Shown piece after piece: positions 40,565 to 53,780 of a DNA stretch of 64,000 nt. The notes below the pieces were generated by a model. It saw only the letters and a program-made list of their open reading frames with translations, had not been told where the DNA came from and made no database searches. The stretch's first letter is position 1. Every line of letters starts with the position of its first letter. The position numbers were made by a program, and so were the translations under genes. Source of the stretch: Ylistrum balloti (taxonomy: Eukaryota); the NCBI RefSeq assembly GCF_031769215.1, contig NW_026782116.1:620001-684000 (forward strand), given 5' to 3'.

Positions 40565-41852
40565 TGTCACGTAAGCATGTATATTTTGTATACACTTGGG
40601 GTAAGTCACCTTAATGGTAGGGTACCGCTAGGCGGAATTGCGTCACGGGTAGGTGTGCACGGGGTGAGATTCTCATGACAGGTATTGTGTTATTGTTACC
40701 GTGCACCCGATATGGATTTATCGGCATTTAGCGTCATGTGAGACAGGCACAGGGGACTCACTGTGGTAAGTAATCTTTATATCTTTTTCTTTTCTATATT
40801 AGTTGGTATTGTTGTTTTGTACCAGTCCATATATCGGGTCAAACAATCTAAGTATCTGTGCGCTCCAGTCAGCCGTGACCATTGTTTTATTGTTTGTATG
40901 TTGATAACTTTCATTTTTGTTGTTTTCGTGCTATAATTGAATATGTTATGTCTGTTTTCCTAAATATGCACGTGATATAAACATGTTGGAGTGTTGTACA
41001 TGAAACTGCATAGTCTATATCAAGTTTCGGGTCGATTTTAAAATCTATGGAAGCCCTGATCCATTTATTAGTGCCGAGCGTAGTGCGTACGCGAACGAGT
41101 GGGAAAAGTATGGAAGCCTTGAGGTGTCAGTTGGTGTATTTCGTAATTTTGTATCATTTTGTTTGTAATTTGGAGCCGCACATTATTTCGACGCTAATAT
41201 GAACGTATTTCAGTATTTTCTAATTATGGTTCATTCTAAAGTTGAATAATTATGGTAAATAATAAGTATTTTGTACCATGTGTTTTGTTAGTATAGTATG
41301 GAAGTGTGAGCGGAAATTATAACTATTTGTGTTAATCATTATAGCTTCACATGACGGGTTGGAACATTGATTGAGTCAGGACCAGGCAGGCCTCTCCTTT
41401 ACATTGCGACCCAAGCGTCAGGACCGACCAGAAGTAACGACTTTCATTCAGGGTCAAGGTCAGCGAGGGAGCATACTTAGAAGTTACACTGCCAGGGTCG
41501 GCGACTTGAATTCAACACTTAATCAGCTGTCATGTCATTGACATAAGTGCGTTGCCTATTATGGTGATACAAGCGTGGAACTGCTTGAGGACGGTGACTC
41601 TGGATTGAGTCACGGTGATTCAGAGTATGGAACTCTATTGGGTTTGACAGGAACACTGTTCTGTTTCGTGAGCTAGAAGCTACAGGGACACTTATCATTA
41701 TTTGATTTGTGAGTGTGTGAGTTAGCGAGTGTGACATCTTTAAATATATAGTTTATTTGTTTCATTGTAAATAAACATCATTGTTATACTGTGATCGGTT
41801 CTCTCAGCTTACTTTTCCCGGATCACCAACCGTCGCTCGTCCTACGTTAACA
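40565..41852 (+). mobile_element. Solo LTR (1288 bp) with 5-bp target-site duplication
   Basis: GAGAG (40560-40564) | TGTCAC ... GTTAACA | GAGAG (41853-41857). TG...CA ends, AATAAA near 41770, CpG-richer than the flanks. No internal LTR-LTR repeat or PBS. Confidence 0.8.
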
Positions 41853-42849
41853 GAGAGCTCCACGTAATTTTATGTGACGTATTTAACAAAGACCACGGCT
41901 AAATTATCTACAGGATACCGGATATTACACACAGGAACAAGGAAACATATATCTACCGTGCCACATTTCATATTGTAAGAGAGGACTAATTATGAGACCT
42001 CCAGCAGAATCGGGAGATTTCTTCTTTGCGTTCTTCTTAAGGAAATAAGAGAATCCAAAATTGAACTACTGTCCCTATTTGGGACCTTTCTTTTACTTAT
42101 TTTAATTTCTACTCTGTATTTTTGTTTCTCCTCTTGAGTGGTAAAAGAAATACACCATTATATATGTTACGCGGTGAATTAGTACGTTTTCCTTTATATT
42201 CATATAAACACCCGCCCTCATATCACCTTGACTGTTGGTTTTGCCAGAAAAACCCCCGACGCTTACAAACAATTTTTAACTGTCCCCAGATTGTTTTAAA
42301 CAAACAGATCCAGGATATGACAAAGTTTTAGTTTAAGTTTTACGGGTTTGGTCAGTACATTTCATAAATCTACCATTCCGAATTTTAAAAAAAAACCGTG
42401 TTGATCTCAAATATGTATTGTTCAAAATTAACAGTGCTATATTGCCCTCGGGCTATTACCATTTGAAATAGATTAGATATATTGGTAACAGTTGGGGCTG
42501 TCGTTATGGCGTAAACATTGGTAGAACTCTTTGGACCTGGAGGTAAAACTATTCCGACATTACTCATTTATAACGTGTAATTGTAACATACTTTAGTGTA
42601 TGTCTTGTGGTGTTATACAGTAAATGCTTTGAAACTGACCTATCATGATGTTCCTTTAGTAATCAATGTCGGTGTATGAAAGGCCATGTTTAACCATTGC
42701 AACACTTTGATATCTTTTTGACAGCATTTCCTTACGGCTTCATCAAGAAGTGAATATCATATTAGTTTTTGTTGATAAAACTTATAGAATTCAGATTTAT
42801 TAAGTTTACAATAAATACAAAAACAAGTTATTCCAACTAATATTAATCA

Positions 42850-43021
42850 ATCTTGGTCTTACTGTAAGAGGAAACTGGAGGACCCGGGGGGAACCCACGT
42901 GGTCAGACAAGTGACCCTCTTGTCTTTTCACGTCCATTCGAGGAATTAAACCCGGGAAACGGGAATTGAATGCTGGACGTCTGGGTGAAAGACTAGTGCG
43001 TTACCATTGCGCCACCTGACC
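42850..43021 (-). mobile_element. tRNA-derived SINE
   Basis: Minus-strand head GGTCAGGTGGCGCAATGGTAACGCACTAGTCTTTCACCC...GCATTCAATTCCC (A box intact, B box degenerate and duplicated), followed by a core-like gaggaaactggaggacccgg..gaacccac segment. Confidence 0.7.
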
Positions 43022-43529
43022 ACACGATCGCACTTTTATTATGATATAAAAAGAAAAACTCTATACAATAACATAAATACCTGAACAGTTTCTTGATTGG
43101 ATTTCGACTTCATTTTAATCGTCCTTGCGACATTTGCACTTGAGACAAGATCAAGACAAGAAGGTCAAAATAGCACTGAGAATACAGCTTTTTGATTATT
43201 TCGACGATTGTTTACTGAACGTTAATGATACAAGATCAACATGTCTATTTTAATTCACCGAAGCATTATTGTTTATTTTTTGTATCTATCATGTACTTAA
43301 ACTAGTTAAGAATCAACATCCTGACACGCAACATCTCTATACTGCGGATACCATATCCGTCCTGTCTCGACTTGTTTGTGACAGCTCAGGAAGTATCACA
43401 ACAAGAGATTCCAGAGATCTGATTTCAGTTCTTGAAGATTTGTTTACTTATTTATTTATTTTTTTTTTTTTTGTTACAGGTGTTTTAAATGTTCATGAAC
43501 TGGTCTTCATTGAATGTACTCAATGATGG

Positions 43530-44457
43530 CACAAGATATTTTTATTAAGCACCTATAAGCAAATATCATTTGAAAAAGATCCCAAAGTATTATTAGATAG
43601 CAGTCAGTTACAGGTGGATAATGGACATGGTCTTGAATCAATATGATAGAATATCGAAGAAAATATGCTTGTGTTGTATTATTGTCGACATCCAAGATGA
43701 CTGCCTGTGGGCAACCTTGATTTCAAATCAGTCCAAAAAGGTACAATGCACAACTAGGGACCAAGGGAAACCAATACCTATGAAATATCAGAAGGATCCA
43801 TCCAGTACTTCCTCAGAAATAGCGGTAACAAGATTTTACTTTCAAAATCCTAGATGGCTGCCTGTCAGTCATCTTGATTTCGGAGTCCAAGGGGAACATG
43901 CATATGAAATTTTAGTCCAAAAAAGGTAAAATGCAAGGGAAACCAATACCTATGAAATATCAGAAGGATCCATCCAGTACTTCCTCAGAAATAGTAACAA
44001 GGGGAACATGCATATGAAATTTTAGAAAGATCCATCAAGTATTTCCCCAGAAATAGCGATAACAATCTTTTACTTTTCAAATTCCAAGATGGCCGTCTGT
44101 GGGCCATCTTGAATTCGAATCAGTCCAAAAAAGGTACAATGCACAACTAGGGTCCAAGGGGAAACTGCATATGAAATTTGAGGAAGATCCATCCAGTACT
44201 TTCCAAGAAATAGCGGTAACAAACTTTTACTTCCAAAATCCAAGATGGCCGCCTGTCGGCCATCTTGAATTCGAATCAGTTCATAAAAGGTACAATGCAC
44301 AACTATAGGGACCAAGGGAAAACTGCATATGAAATTTGAGAATGATCCATCCAGTACTTTTCCAGAAATAGCGGTAACAAGAATGGTTTACGGACGGACG
44401 GACCACGGGCGCAGGGCGATTTGAATAGCCCACCATCTGATGATGGTAGGTTAAAAA
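43530..44457 (+). mobile_element. Helentron-type non-autonomous element with internal ~156-157 bp tandem array
   Basis: Monomer anchor cc(a/t)agatggc.gcc at 43692, 43849, 44084 and 44240; (ACGG)n at 44390-44403; 3' hairpin AGCCCACCATC-tgat-GATGGTAGGTT (44427-44452) followed by an A-run. 5' end approximate. Confidence 0.8.
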
Positions 44458-46604
44458 GACATGTAACAATACAATCTAGAAATAAGCCTAATTAGAAGGT
44501 GAGATTAATTAAATTTAAAAAAAATTATCATTTAGTGTGTGAAATTGACTTGACATCATTCAGGTTTTTTTTCACGAATGTTGAGCATTGAATGTCGAAT
44601 TTTGAGCCACATAGCATTGTGTTACGCTTATTCAAAATTGCCAATATCCGGGTTCAGTTCCAACACAACGTGTTTGGATTTCCTTAGTAATATGCTGACT
44701 TATGCATAACCACACCAAATCTCAATTCTAATTTCAAGCTTGATAGAACAATTCAAATGTCATGCCATTTGATAAATACTTATATTTCACTTGACTACAT
44801 CCTTGACTGTATGGGTCTTGTCCTGTAGACAATGACGCCACCACACGGCAACATTCTAAAGTGATTGCAGTATCATCCACTCGTGGGAAGACCGGTACGT
44901 ATTCTATGGAAATATGATCATGCGGTATCAATTTTGCGGTTTTGCAATTTGGTGTGATGATAGGGACTCTGTATATCACATCCAATGAAGGTTATAATTT
45001 GAATTATGTCACAAACAGTTACTTACATTCGTTCGAGTTTATGAGAATCGTGAAAATCGTCACGAATGTCTCATTTGACCTTACCAGAGGCTCGGTAAAA
45101 TTATCAACTTGTATCAACTTGCTCATGCCAGATCCTCTGTTTATCATATAACTAGCTTGCTATCGGCGTAATAGGCACCAGTGACAGATATTTCGATATG
45201 ACTACATGACCACACATGTAAAAAAAATCACCTAGTGGAATTGTGGTGGGCTGAAGATTCCCATTGTTTCAATTAAGACGTGATATCGTCATGTACATTG
45301 TGACGTCACACATGAAAGAAGTACGGAGCGACGACATAATACCCTTATTTTTTATCGGTGCAAAGCACGAATAGAATCACACAGAAATGTATTCGTCTTA
45401 CGAACGATATATATATATATCATATTTAACGAAAACCATGAAGTTTTTTTTATTGACATTTTAAAAGTAAAACAAACCAAACAGAATAAATCCGCTTTCA
45501 AGAAAGTTCTGGAAATATAAAACGTTCTTTGACGCCGGACGGTTTGACGTTACGCTTGACAATAAAACCGCCATTTTGAATGGGCCACTTCATATGGTAT
45601 TCTATCATTTGATGTAGTTATATCTGGTAAGAATCACCAACAAAGCTGTTCTTAGATACAGATTTAGAGAACATTTGAGAAAACTCGAAACTCTACAAGA
45701 AATATTGATGGGAACCCAACTTATTCAACCTTCGCGTCATTTGCGTCCGAACAGGAATATAGGCGAATTTCAAACTTGCGACTGGAAACACCGTTCTGAT
45801 CGGTCAAAACTACAAATGCTTTAACTGAACACGTGATTACTTATCATCGGTAATCCGCTCTCTTAAGCGTGAGCGTGAGGTGAGCGTCAGGACGTAGGTT
45901 ATCGTCGATGGTAATTATTGTGAGGATATAAGATTTATATAAATACAGCAATGATGTTAGTTTTTTATCAAATTGATAGATCCTATAATGTTTCAGTAAC
46001 AAAAAAAATATTTTTTTTTTATTTTCACGACTGCTTGTAAATTATCTACATTTGTTTTAATTGCATATGGTAATTGAAACAGTGACTTGCTTAATTAATT
46101 TCATCTGGAATGGAAACTCCTGTTATATTCTCGTTTACATTTTTATTTATTTCGGAATTGAAGCGAACTGACTTGCGTGTCCGTGTACAGTTTTCATTAC
46201 TGCGTGGTGTAATTGTGTATCCATACATACGCCTGATATTTTGTTTAAATACGTGTACTTCAGCGATGTGGTCCCTATAGTACATTTCTATCTGTTGGAG
46301 CATACAGGCAGTTCGAATTAATCGTTTTACTAATCCGACGCGACTTTTGTAAGGAATCAAAATTTCTGTTTAGTGACGATCCAGTGTATTATTACGAGGA
46401 CATAACATAAATTATTTCACAAAAATTAGAGGAAAACTTTGGATGTTGGAGACTATTTCAAGTACTCTGTGCGGGGAACATGTGAAGTATAGAAAGCAGG
46501 TCATGTAAAATTAACGTTTAACCTTGTAGTTTGTTTTACTGAAGCGGACATCAGTTGATGAATTCTGACGAGTGAAACCTCAGCTAAATAGAAATCAGTT
46601 GAAG

Positions 46605-46900
46605 ATGACGGAGGAAAACCTGGATCCCATTTTTGAACTGATCATCCAAAGGGAAGTGGAAAAGGGCTACGTGAACTACACCGTTGATCATCTGTTGAGG
46701 AGTCCACTGGAACATTATCCTGCACAGTCCATACTGTTCCTGGTGGCGCTTTCTTTGTCATGTCTCATTGGCTTCATCGGAAATATTTTGGTGCGTATGA
46801 CTGCTTGAATAACTTCATTATTTGTATTTAAGACAACTATTTAATTATTTTAATCTGCAGGAACGAAAAGCACCGTTTTAAATACAATATACATATAAAT

Positions 46901-46931
<31 letters not shown>

Positions 46932-49900
46932 GGAGAGAAGGAGGGGTGGGATGGGGTTGTTGTTGTTATATTGATATACGGTGGTGCAATAATACATAAT
47001 TACAACTTAATTAATATTTATTGACGGCACGGAAAAGGTCAACACCTACAAGACGGAGTAGCAACTTCTATGAAATACAAAGTAACCCCTGGGCACTTTC
47101 CTTTTATTGTTGTTTCAATATGACGTGAAAGTGGACACACACAACACGCAAAAAACAACAGCTTTGAATTTGCTGATTTTGTCGTGGTTATTCCAATCCA
47201 TGTCAATGAAATTATGTATGAATCTGTTATATTATGTAAGAAAAGAACAACGGTATATCATTAGGACATATCATTACGATATATTGACTACCGTACACGT
47301 TAATTACATAGGAACGTACGTAAAACTTCCCTATAAACTCCTACTTGTATCTCTCGAAACAATGTGTTGTGAGTTTATCTAGCAGTTGTCAACATCTCGC
47401 ACGAAAATTGTGTTATTTCGAACAAGCCATGGAAAGTCAAGTCATCTGCAATATGTAAACACCATAGACTGGGGATGCAGGGATGTTGCTATCCAGATAT
47501 GGAAAATTGACAATAGGGAAATTAAAATTATTACGCTTATCATACTACAGCTTGGTGGAAAACGTCCCCTTGCTGTTGATTCGTTGTAGGGAAAGATAGA
47601 GGTATACTGCTAATGTAGAAAAGTGTGTTGTGTCCTTCAAATTATTTCATGAATTGTACATACTAAACGTATATTTTTTCACTTCTGAAGTGTTTTAAAG
47701 AGAAAAAGAAAAAAAAAGAAGAAAAAAAAAAAAAGGAACTGCTGTGTTTAATGACAATTCGATGTTATGATATTAGCTCAAAATGACTATCATAATATAA
47801 ATAAGAAAAAAACATAAAATATAGTGCAAATTGAAAACACGAGACAAATAAAGCATAAGAAAGAATTAACAAAGGATTTGCCCAGTCAAGTGTTTGCAAC
47901 AAACCAATTAATGTGTCTTTCGTCAGTGTGTAACTATCCAAAGTATCAACCTGTATTAGGATAAATGACGTATTTCCATTATTATTGGACATACATGGAA
48001 TATGACGATGAAGAATGTTAAATGCCGGTGTTGTATTTCCATAGCCCACAAAGTGTCAAGTGGTGGTGATGTGTAGAACAACGTGGTAGAGTACGTAGAA
48101 CATATACTTCCTGTTTTATCTTTTAACAGAAATTGTCCGTCTCCGGAAAAAAAACGTCAAATTTACTTCAGAGAAGACTGAAGCGAGATCAACTTCCTGA
48201 ATGTTCAGTGACCTACTGACTAATATACTCGCCATTGATGAAAATCTTTGATATCCCTTGTCAAATTGCTGTTTGTTCTTAACTAGTTTTATTTTTTGTC
48301 AATAAATAATGATAACATCCATTAATATGTTGTGTTTCAGGTGATAGGCGCTGTAGTTATAAGTAAACGCCTGAGAACGACAGGGAACATGTTTATTGTG
48401 AACCTAGCAGTGGCAGATCTTATCATTGTCGCCATTGTGGAACCTTTCAACATATTAGGTAAAGCATCTCGTTGTAATCGTTATTTCACTTCCTGGTTGT
48501 ATTACACGTACCTATCTTTCCCCCCAATTTTTCCACAGCTGAAAATTTTTCTATCCTTTTATCTATATACAATCTTCCGCCTAATATATGCTCATGTATT
48601 TCTAGTTGACAACAGTTTTAATGTTGAATCGGCTAAATTTCATATAATCTATGTAAATATATATTATGCTCAAAATACATCAAGTAACGCGACTTTCTAT
48701 AGCAGAATGGCGAGCAAGATGTGAATTCGAAAATGACGGATCTCTTCATTTCAGTGTACATAAGGTTAGGATAAAGGGATCAGCGCATTCGATGTATTTC
48801 TTTAGTTGTGTTGTCCAATATAAACCAATTCTGTGTTAAAATGTTACAGGTGTTGTTGATGGGCCCATTTTCTTCGTAAGGAATGTCTGGTGGTGTCATA
48901 CATTATCTGTTATATGTGTCATGTCTTGTTCATCGTCCATGATGAATTTAGCCGCCATCGCTGTGAACAGGTAAGCGTATATAATCAACAATTTTCACAG
49001 CATTAACGACTATTTTTGTCTGTTTTACACACTCATTTCTGGTGACGTAATATGCCTTTGTGTTAGACACTTACTGCCAATGAAGTGACAACATTGTAAT
49101 CTTCAATCACTTTTTATCGTGACTTTGCTCATCATAGTGCTTAAATCCTCCTTATTTTTTTTAAAAATAGCTTCTTATAAACAAAATAAAAACGTATCTG
49201 GGCGTGAAAAGTTTATATTAGATACATGTTTGTGCCCGCCTTTAGACGCCAATACGTAGCCCCAGACGTTGTCATGGTGGATTAGATGCCTTTGTCACGT
49301 CTTACCTGATTACGTTCATTTGAACCTAGCCCATTTCACGTGCGTACGCAGCGCCCGCGATAATTGATTTTATAATAGAGCGGCATGATGTGTTTCAAGA
49401 ATTCTACACGGTAAATTGGCTCGTGTGTCTTATCTCTAGATAGCGGATATAACCATAGATGTTTGCCGTAATGTTATTTGTAAGTGTACAGTATCTATGT
49501 TGAAAGGGGGTCCTTTTTTTAGCATTAAGTTACGCACGTGTTTTTAAATTGAGAATCGATAAAATTAGTTTCAGCGGTTCAACGTTGTTGTAATATGACA
49601 AGCATCAGATATACATAAGCACCTTACAATGTCTGACCATGATTTTAATATTATAGGGTGACTACTTCCTAAAAACATTTACTATAACTAGCTAAAATTC
49701 CGTTTAGTCCAAATACTTAGTCAATTCAAAATCAATGAAACATTGGTAAATATGAGCAAATGAAATATTTACGAAAAAAGACCGTCAAGAATAAGACCAT
49801 ATGGTTTTGAAGAGTACGTTTCTTCTGTTGCTTGTTCAATCGAAGTAGGAAATGTCACGTTCCTAAAGTGAGAGCACTGTTAACAACAACGAAAACACCG

Positions 49901-52152
49901 GGCATACTATAACGAGCGTCAACTGTATTAAAACAGGTGTTTTTCTAAGATATGGTGTCTTTCCTATGTGACTTGTATAAGCATTAAGGTTATCAATTAT
50001 AACAAAAAAAAAAACGATTATGTAAAAATTCTGACTGAACGATAATCGACTTATTTTAGATATAATGGTCCCGGTGATTAAACATCACCTTTTTGTTGGC
50101 TTCGTGTCGTGCGACACTTTAGTTGGATACCGAAAGTATGTCGCCATATAAACTAAAATTTTCTAAATATCTCTTTTGTAGGTCTTAGTTTATCAAATGA
50201 ATTATTGTATAATGTTTACAGTTATTTGTGAGTAAATTTGGGATTGTGACAGCACAGACTGAAAAAAAACATCATGGTGCCATCAATGAACACCCAGTCT
50301 TATTGTTTTTGTTTTTCAATGATATACGCTTAAAATTTTCTTTTGCTATTTTCGGCTTAAGTTCACCAAGTTAAGTTTTTTTTTAGGATTTTTTAGTTGT
50401 TTGCGTGGTTGTGACAGCTCATTTTCTTTCGACATATCTCAAGCAAGTGGCAGTTTCAGTATTAAGGTCCTTATGTATAATAGTATTCTCATGGTGATCA
50501 TTCTTTTACAAATCAAACGTACAATCACCGTATTAACGGTAGGGAACAAAAGGGTATTTAATTGTACCGTATTTTCTGAGCGTGTGAAACTGCTTTAGTG
50601 ATGTGACTTTGTGATGACAAATCGCCACATTTTCGAAGTTTATTCATAACGACAATGTGTTTCCGTTCAAACGATACGAAGTTCACACATGACCATCAGC
50701 TACTCTTGTTAACTGTCGAGTGTCTCTTGCCAAGTGTCTTCTTCCTATGGCGCACAAGACACTATAAAGATCTTTCTTGTTAAATTATCATGACGCATGT
50801 TGACGTGCTGTGTAAAACGATATAGGACAGGGAATGTCAGGTCATCTCCCAACCCACACCTTTATAAAAATCGGCTAGCTCTTCCTTGTAGGCTGGCTCT
50901 GTGGTTCATGTATTTTAATTTAGATTGGTCATAACTTATTTCCAAATGTTTATATGTACTCCAAATAACTGTTGGCATCACTATATTCCGATATTTTGAT
51001 GGTTGAAAACGGAAAATAATCATATCAAAATTATGAAATAATGTCTGTAGTGTTAGACATACCCGTATGCTTCATAGATACTCCACACCGGCACTTGAAG
51101 GCTTATAAACCTATGTACAAGTATGTTCCCTTCCACTTACCTAATGTAAAATCCAACATTTTCGTGGGGTCAATTTTCGGGTTTTTTAAAAAAGATTTCG
51201 TAGATAGATCATGATAACACAATAAATCTATTTAAACTAACCTCAACAGTTCGCAGACATATGAATTCATTGATTAAGAGTTCACACGAAGTGAACAAAA
51301 ATAACCCCCATGAAAATGAATGAATTCACAGTAATTCTTTATTCCTTGTAATATCCTTGTATGTCAGGGATTACAAATGGTCAGATTTCTGTCGATCATT
51401 TGCTGCTTGTTTTTACCATGTTTTATCTTTTTTCCAGGTATATCATGATCAATAAGAACCATTACTACAACCAGATATTCACCAAAGGCAAGACTGTCCT
51501 CCTGTGTATTCTCGTTTGGTTTGCCGCCTTTCTTATTGAGCTGCCTAATCTGGTTGGATGGGGAGGCCATACCTTCGATCTAAAAACGCTCGGATGTTCC
51601 TTCGACAGACTTATCTCCCTGTCTTACACAATATTCCTTAGTGTGATGGCGCTTTGGTTGCCACTTATGGTCATTATGTTTTGCTATACGAAAATTTACT
51701 TTTATGTAAAGAAGTCGCGAGAACAGATGGAGAAGCAGATGAAAATACAGACGAAAAAAGATAAGAAGAAAAGCAAACGACAACGAGATAATGTAAATTT
51801 AGCTCGAACATTTTTCATCGTATTTCTGACGTTCCTCATCTGTTGGACTCCTTATGATCTGACTTTGTTTTTCGATCGCAGTGATCGTTGGCCATCCTGG
51901 CTTTACACAGTATTTCTTCAGATCGGTCATTTTAACAGCTCGTTAAACAGTATTCTTTACGGTGCTACCAACAGAAACTTTCGTGAAGGCTACAAACAGT
52001 TCTTGCGAAAAATATGTTGCAATTGTAGGCTTAGCATAGTGGTCACAATAAGCGGTGAGAAAAAGAGCCCCTTGACCGACTCGAGTTCAGGGTATTCCAG
52101 TACAAGTGACAACATGCACCACAAAGTTCATCCATCCTCACATTACGTCTGA
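46605..52152 (+). CDS. Melatonin-receptor-like class A GPCR, 379 aa, 4 coding exons
   Basis: Exons 46605-46790, 48341-48458, 48850-48970, 51438-52152 total 1140 nt, GT-AG and in frame. TM1 GNILV, TM2 NLAVADL, TM3 NRY (melatonin-receptor type), TM6 CWTPY, TM7 NSSLNSILYG, helix 8 NRNFREGY. N-glycosylation sequon NYT. AATAAA near 52425. Confidence 0.9.
46900..46957. repeat. Poly-T / poly-G tract with further G-runs (G-quadruplex-capable), GPCR intron 1
   Basis: T11 followed by ~23 G, then agagaaggaggggtgggatgggg. Confidence 0.85.
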
Positions 52153-53499
52153 GACAGAGTGTAATGCATTCTGTTTCACGCCAAAAAACTTGTCGTTTTC
52201 AAAGGATGGGTCGTTCATGTGTTTTTGTTGTACAAAATTAATATTATTATTTCTTTGTTTGTTGTATCCTATTACGATAGCTAGTAATGGTCTACATTAT
52301 GGTATAGCCATGGAAACTGTAAAAGTGTTGATACTACTCTGTGCTATCGACTTTTTTCCTTACATAAAATCAATGTTCAGGTAAAGTATGTGACAGCTCG
52401 TATTTAATATATGTATTTAAAGCAATAAAGTCATATTGAAACGTCTATAAATGTATTCGCTTGAAAATAAATTGAGCATGTGTAATTTTCAATCGATTCA
52501 CCATTCTGCTTTTTGTATGTGATGAAGTTACCATTTGACTTGTTATCTAATATTCATCTTCCCTTCATATATAGTCTACATATGATAGTTTTGAGACTTG
52601 CTCTATCTAATTATTATGGCCTTCCTCGGAACTCCCTTTATACAAGGCTATGGGAAACCTCGCCACTATTATGAGAAATATTTCATATTCCTTATATAGT
52701 ATTCTATTTTATGTGTATGGCAAGCATAATCCCATTTGAGGATGTAGTCATTTCCGCTGGTGAACCCTATCACTTCACACTTCTTACTGTGGTCAATGTT
52801 TTAAGTGTTGTTGTTACTGGTGTAAAAAACGTCCTTATCTACCAGGCTTAAGACTTGTCTTTTCATAAGTCTTATTACATATAAAATAAATCCCATGCAA
52901 GACCAATTGAATGGACATTGGACTGAGATCTTGAAACAAAATTGTGTATATTGTAATGACCTTTTCACAAACATGAATAAGAGGTCATGGAGATGAAATT
53001 AGATATCCACTAAACACAACTGAGGAACTTATAGTGGTAAAATCATACGTAACTGAACAAATACAAGTCAGGGCTACACAAACCTGGGTTTTCTTTATGT
53101 TATAGTTCGGCACGTACACAGTAAAAATATATGTTTTATTTGGATAACGTCTCTTCAAATGCAATTTACATTTGTTCCATCTCCATACGTTAAGTATCCA
53201 TGAATGCAGCTATATGTGTCTTTACTCTCATATGCAATACGTGTCATTTTGTGAGTTAAAATGAACTGAATTACGAAATTTGTCTAACTATTGGGCTGCC
53301 TTACATGCCCATCTTGATTTTGACTTTTCTTTTGATCACTTTGAATTTCCTCAGTCACCTTCTAGGCTTCAAAATTTCAGCATCAGAAGAACGAAACGGC
53401 TGTATGATGCAGTTTACTTCATTGTTTGGCTCTACTGTATCTCACTATTTATGAAAAGGTGCTATTCACTTGTGTGGTGTGGTTTTTGTAGTCTTTCGC

Positions 53500-53780
53500 A
53501 GACAATGGCTAAGAAAAAAAAACCACTAGGGACCAAGGGAACCTTTTTAGCACTTCTCCAGAATTAGCAATATCTGTTATCTCAAAGTTAACAATGCACA
53601 AGTGACAAAGGAAAAGCCTATCTATGAACTTTAAGAATTTAAGAAGAGTGCTTCTCCTTAGATAGTGGAAACAAACAATTATTGTCAGTTTCAAAGATTG
53701 TTTCCTATCGGATATTTTTCCAATCAGTCCCAAAACGAACAATGCACAACTTATTCTTTCTTGTTCTCGGTTTTTTTCTC
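53500..53780 (+). repeat. Degenerate copy of the 43.7-44.4 kb monomer family
   Basis: Shares actagggaccaagggaa, aacaatgcacaa and aatcagtcc motifs. Confidence 0.55.

Noticed and set aside
42960-43021. Possible tRNA gene on the minus strand
   Set aside because: The B box is degenerate and duplicated, no acceptor stem closes, and it continues into a SINE body.
43621-44469. Four overlapping ORFs with repeated peptides
   Set aside because: They are translations of the ~157-bp monomer array of a non-autonomous element.
51361-51437. N-terminal part of the 263-aa ORF (MSGITNGQ...)
   Set aside because: Intronic read-through: a polypyrimidine tract and ttccag acceptor at 51437 join the NR|Y codon to exon 3.
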